Below, piece after piece: positions 60,477-64,000 of a DNA stretch of 64,000 nt (positions are counted from its first letter, which is position 1; each line of letters opens with the position of its first letter). Below the pieces are notes generated by a model. That model was not told where the DNA came from, made no database searches, and saw only the letters and a program-made list of their open reading frames with translations. A program made the position numbers and the translations under genes. Source of the DNA: Fistulifera solaris (taxonomy: Eukaryota); contig AP026162.1 in NCBI GenBank assembly GCA_030295235.1, positions 1-64,000 of the forward strand, in the 5' to 3' direction.

Positions 60477-61903
60477 TTAGTGAACGGCTGGAGCGAATCC
60501 CACAGTTTCATCCAAATAATTGAACACCGTGTAGTACTGACGCATAAACACATCTCCCAGAATCCACTGAGGTCCAGGTTTGGGGAAATCTGTCAAGTAA
60601 AAGAGAAAGCAGGTGTGAGACACACGGGTCTGATCAGTGACCGAAAAACCATGCATTATCAGTTCACACATACCAACACCCATGAAAGCAAACAAACAAG
60701 TTCCTTGTGCTTGCAACACAGCTTTATCTCCTGGAACCATGTAGTCTCGACCATCAATAGTAAAGACAATATCAGGAATGGCATCGACTGTATTGCAATC
60801 CACGGTGTATTGTCCCATGACATTCGGTTTGGCTCCAATCGCTTGTGCAATAGCGGCAATATCTTTCTTGGGACCTGTAATCAAGGAGGTACCCGAATCC
60901 ACAATGGCGGTAATCGGACTTTGGTCGGCATTCTCCGATGAATGATACGGTCCCGCCGACACGGAATCCAAGGCAATTTCCCAATACGTCGCCGATAAGA
61001 GCTTGACGTACTGCAAGTCTCCGGTGAATTTACTAGAATCGTATCCACCAAATGTCAGTTCACCCGGTCCATTGTCTCCCAAATAAAAGCTAAAAATAGG
61101 TTGATCGATGACGTTCTGTTTCAAAGCATTGTCCATGACAGTCGGCGTGTCATCGACCGAAATGGATCGAAATCCCAATCCCAAAATTCCATCAAACTTT
61201 CCCAACGCGAACGCGAGTCCGAGGCCTCCCGCATCGGCGATTTCCGCAAATCGTTGCTCTGTAACGACCAAATCGTCAGCCAAAGTGACGCTATCGACGC
61301 TGAAGAATCCGGACACACTCCCCGATCCGTACATGATTTCAAAATCGGCATTGTCGGATTCATACGTTGTCGAGGAATCATGATTGTATTTGGACTTCTT
61401 TCCGAAAAACGGATTGCCGCAGTGCGTGCATCCTACTTTGGGAACCCATAGATTTGAACTGCCCGTATCAAAAATGACTTTGAAGGATTGTGGAGGAGTA
61501 CCGATGGAAATGGAACCAAAATACTGTGCATTCGCGTAATCATTGATAATTTCCGATTCACTGCGCTCCAAAAGGATGTATCACTGTCACTACTACCGCG
61601 CAATTGGCGTTGCGCTGTTTCGTAAATGTACTGCTGTTCACGCAAATGATACGCTTGAATGAGTTCTTCGTCAGGACGTTTGTGAAGAGGAATTTTAGTG
61701 ACAGCGGCCGTTACAGCCATCCAAGTCGCGCTGAAAAGTGTAATAGAAGCAGCTGTAGTATGAAGAATAAAGAGATGTAGGAAAGGAAAGCGAAAAAGAG
61801 AATGAGTCGAGAGAAGAAACGAGTCGATCGATCGAAGTTCGTTCGTCGTGCAGTCTAACAATAAATAGCTTCTTGCAACTTCTAACGTACCCGTGAATTT
61901 CAT
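60477..61903 (-). CDS. Pepsin-family aspartic protease (cathepsin D-like), secretory
   Basis: Signal peptide MKFTAASITLFSATWMAVTA; YANAQYFG, IFDTGSSNLWVP, FDGILGLGF, IVDSGTS, WILGDVF. Introns 61753-61890 and 60590-60673. Frameshift near 61571. Confidence 0.95.
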
Positions 61904-62359
61904 GTTCGAACAAAGAAGCAGCTAATGAATAAAGCGACAGAAGGATCGTATTTGAATGAAATAATGCGTTTGACTTCCGTGAAATGACTTGACGGTTTTA
62001 ACTGCTGCGTCTTCAACGCACGATCGAAATTCGTCCGCACACGCAGAAATAGGCAAAGAAGGTGTCACCACTACACTTAGCTGTATTGTGCCAGTACCGA
62101 TTCCAATGCAACGGCTCAATCGCTAAAATCCGCGAAGGTTCGTACGTCAATACGGCAAATGAATCTTTCTCGTTTTCCTCATCCTCATGCGATCGTCCAT
62201 CCATTGCATTACCAGTATTTTTTCTTCACTTGCCCTTTCCAACAACAACGACAACTCGCTCGAGCTAGATACCCATTTTTGAATACTAGTCAATCAAACA
62301 TCATTATTCTTCATTCTTTCAAGTCTCGCGTTCTGCTGCAACGCCCTCTTCTTCGTGTC

Positions 62360-63870
62360 ATGTCTTCAACAGCTTCGTCACCATCCTTCAAAACCATCAC
62401 GGAAGGTTCGAGCCGCATGTGCTATCCGGCGGATCAAGAACAAGCCGTCTTTTACAATCCTGTACAAGTACAAAATCGTGATTTAAGTATTCTGATGATT
62501 GCACTCTATCAAGAGCGATTGCAACAACGTCATCAAGAAAAACTCGAAAAACGAAATTATAGTGACAAAATGCCTCCGTACGAGGGAATTCGCATTCTCG
62601 ATGCACTGGCTGCGTCAGGATTACGATCAATGCGATACATTCAAGAAATTGAGAATGTACAACATGTCACAATCAATGATTTAGAAGAGGCGGCGGTCGA
62701 ACGGGCGCATCAAAATGTCAAAGAAAACAATTTACAAGATAAACTGGCTTCTTCACTCCAAGATCCGGGAATTTTCATACAACAAGCGGATGCCCGTGCG
62801 GTCATGTATTCAAAAACAGCACAGTATCATGTCATTGACATGGATCCCTACGGCTCAGCGGCGTCGTTCCTAGATGCGGCGGTGCAGTGCGTCGAAAATG
62901 GTGGTTTACTTTGCGTCACTTGCACCGATATGGCAGCCTTGGGCGGCAGTCACCCAGAAACTTGTTTTGGTCGTTATGGATGTATGCCCATTCAACGGTC
63001 CGGATACCTGCAAGAACTGGCCGTGCGAATTTTACTGGATTCGATATCCAAGTCAGCGGCGCGCTATGGACGGGTTTTGCGACCGATCCTATCGGTGGGG
63101 ATGGATTTTTACGTTCGTGTCTTTGCAGAGATCCACAACAGCAAAAGTGCTGTGAATACTTTGTCCCTCTCCACCGGATATGTTTTTCAATCCACACAAT
63201 GTCCGACATTTTATGTCGCGCCCGCTGGACAAACGGGGGCAACAAGAATAATGTGTATCAGGCAGGACGGTTGCCAACAATGGATGCGGCAATCGAAGGA
63301 ACCAACTGGAAAATAGCCGGTCCGATATGGTTGGGTCCATTGCACGACAAGGGTGTGATTCAAAAAGCTCTGCAAAAGTTACAGAAAATGCCTCATTTGT
63401 CCACAAAGGACCGACTCGAGGGGTTGCTGACGAGTTGTTCGGAGGAACTGGATGTTCCGCTTTATTACAACTTGCCCAGTTTGGCACAGTTTCTAGCTGT
63501 TTCGTCACCGCCCATGATGAAAATAAAAGCTGCTATAGTTAATGCGGGGTACAAAGTTTCAGGTTATCACAAAGAACCACAAGCTATTAAGACAGATGCG
63601 CCAAATCATGTTGTGTGGGACATCATCCGTGCATGGTGCGACACCCAGCCACCTCCTAAGAAAGCATCATCCAGTGCTTTGAAAATGCGTGCCGTGGAAC
63701 CTAAAATCAAAGTCAACTTTGCGATTCCTTCCTCGCTACCTAATCCAAAGAAATCAGAGATTCGACGATTTCCTCAAAATCCACAACCGAATTGGGGACC
63801 CAAGCCTAGGGCTACCGGTGTCAAGCGTAAGCTTTCCGCTGAAGAGAACGAGTTATCTCCACAAGAATGA
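62360..63870 (+). CDS. TRM1: tRNA (guanine-26,N2)-dimethyltransferase
   Basis: VFYNPVQVQNRDLS, ILDALAASGLRSMRY, IDMDPYGS, GGLLCVTCTD, DFYVRVF, GPIWLGPLHD, NWGPKPRA. Frameshift in the G-run near 63237. An upstream in-frame ATG lies at 62159. Confidence 0.95.
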
Positions 63871-64000
63871 TCGAATAGACTTAAAGGGTAGATCTTTTTT
63901 TTTTTTGACACTGCGAGTATTCTGCTATGATAACAACTTGATCTACGATTTATTACCAAAAGGATGGCTTGCCATTGTCGATGGGTGGAAACTCTTTACA

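Noticed and set aside
790..63870. Mass pseudogenisation or programmed frameshifting of housekeeping genes
   Set aside because: Breaks sit at homopolymers or short dinucleotide runs, catalytic motifs are intact, and there is no common slippery site; sequencing error is the simpler explanation.
1..64000. Transposons, tRNA, rRNA or viral insertions
   Set aside because: No transposase, reverse transcriptase, integrase or capsid motifs, terminal repeats or RNA-gene signatures were recognisable by eye; small ncRNAs cannot be excluded without a covariance-model search.

Overview
Left end of a eukaryotic nuclear chromosome. It starts with 16 (AACCCT)n telomere units, followed by a 9-copy 18-bp subtelomeric repeat and then gene-dense euchromatin with short GT-AG introns. 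The organism is very probably a pennate diatom: there are ASAFAP-type bipartite plastid presequences, a mitochondrially targeted enolase and diatom-type orphan families. Recognisable genes: enolase, plastid class II aldolase, HMG-box protein, RecQ helicase, protein kinase, Der/EngA GTPase, PPR protein, M6 metalloprotease, phospholipase-like protein, J-domain protein, Rab GGTase alpha, MsrA-like protein, prefoldin 4, TauE/SafE transporter, two Stc1-like/C2H2 zinc-finger genes, AP-4 epsilon, a cathepsin D-like protease and TRM1. Many conserved genes are broken by 1-2 bp indels at homopolymers, which I read as uncorrected long-read error, so gene coordinates are manual reconstructions. Four things stand out as unexplained: (i) dense intergenic clusters of tandem duplications with a 7-bp unit but unrelated sequences; (ii) several local pairs of small orphan paralogs, including a tail-to-tail pair of secreted Cys-rich proteins with a shared intron position; (iii) a TACGTCACG element at nearly the same distance and orientation upstream of three unrelated genes; (iv) a paralog whose start codon position reads ACG. 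I recognised no CRISPR array, transposon or RNA gene.
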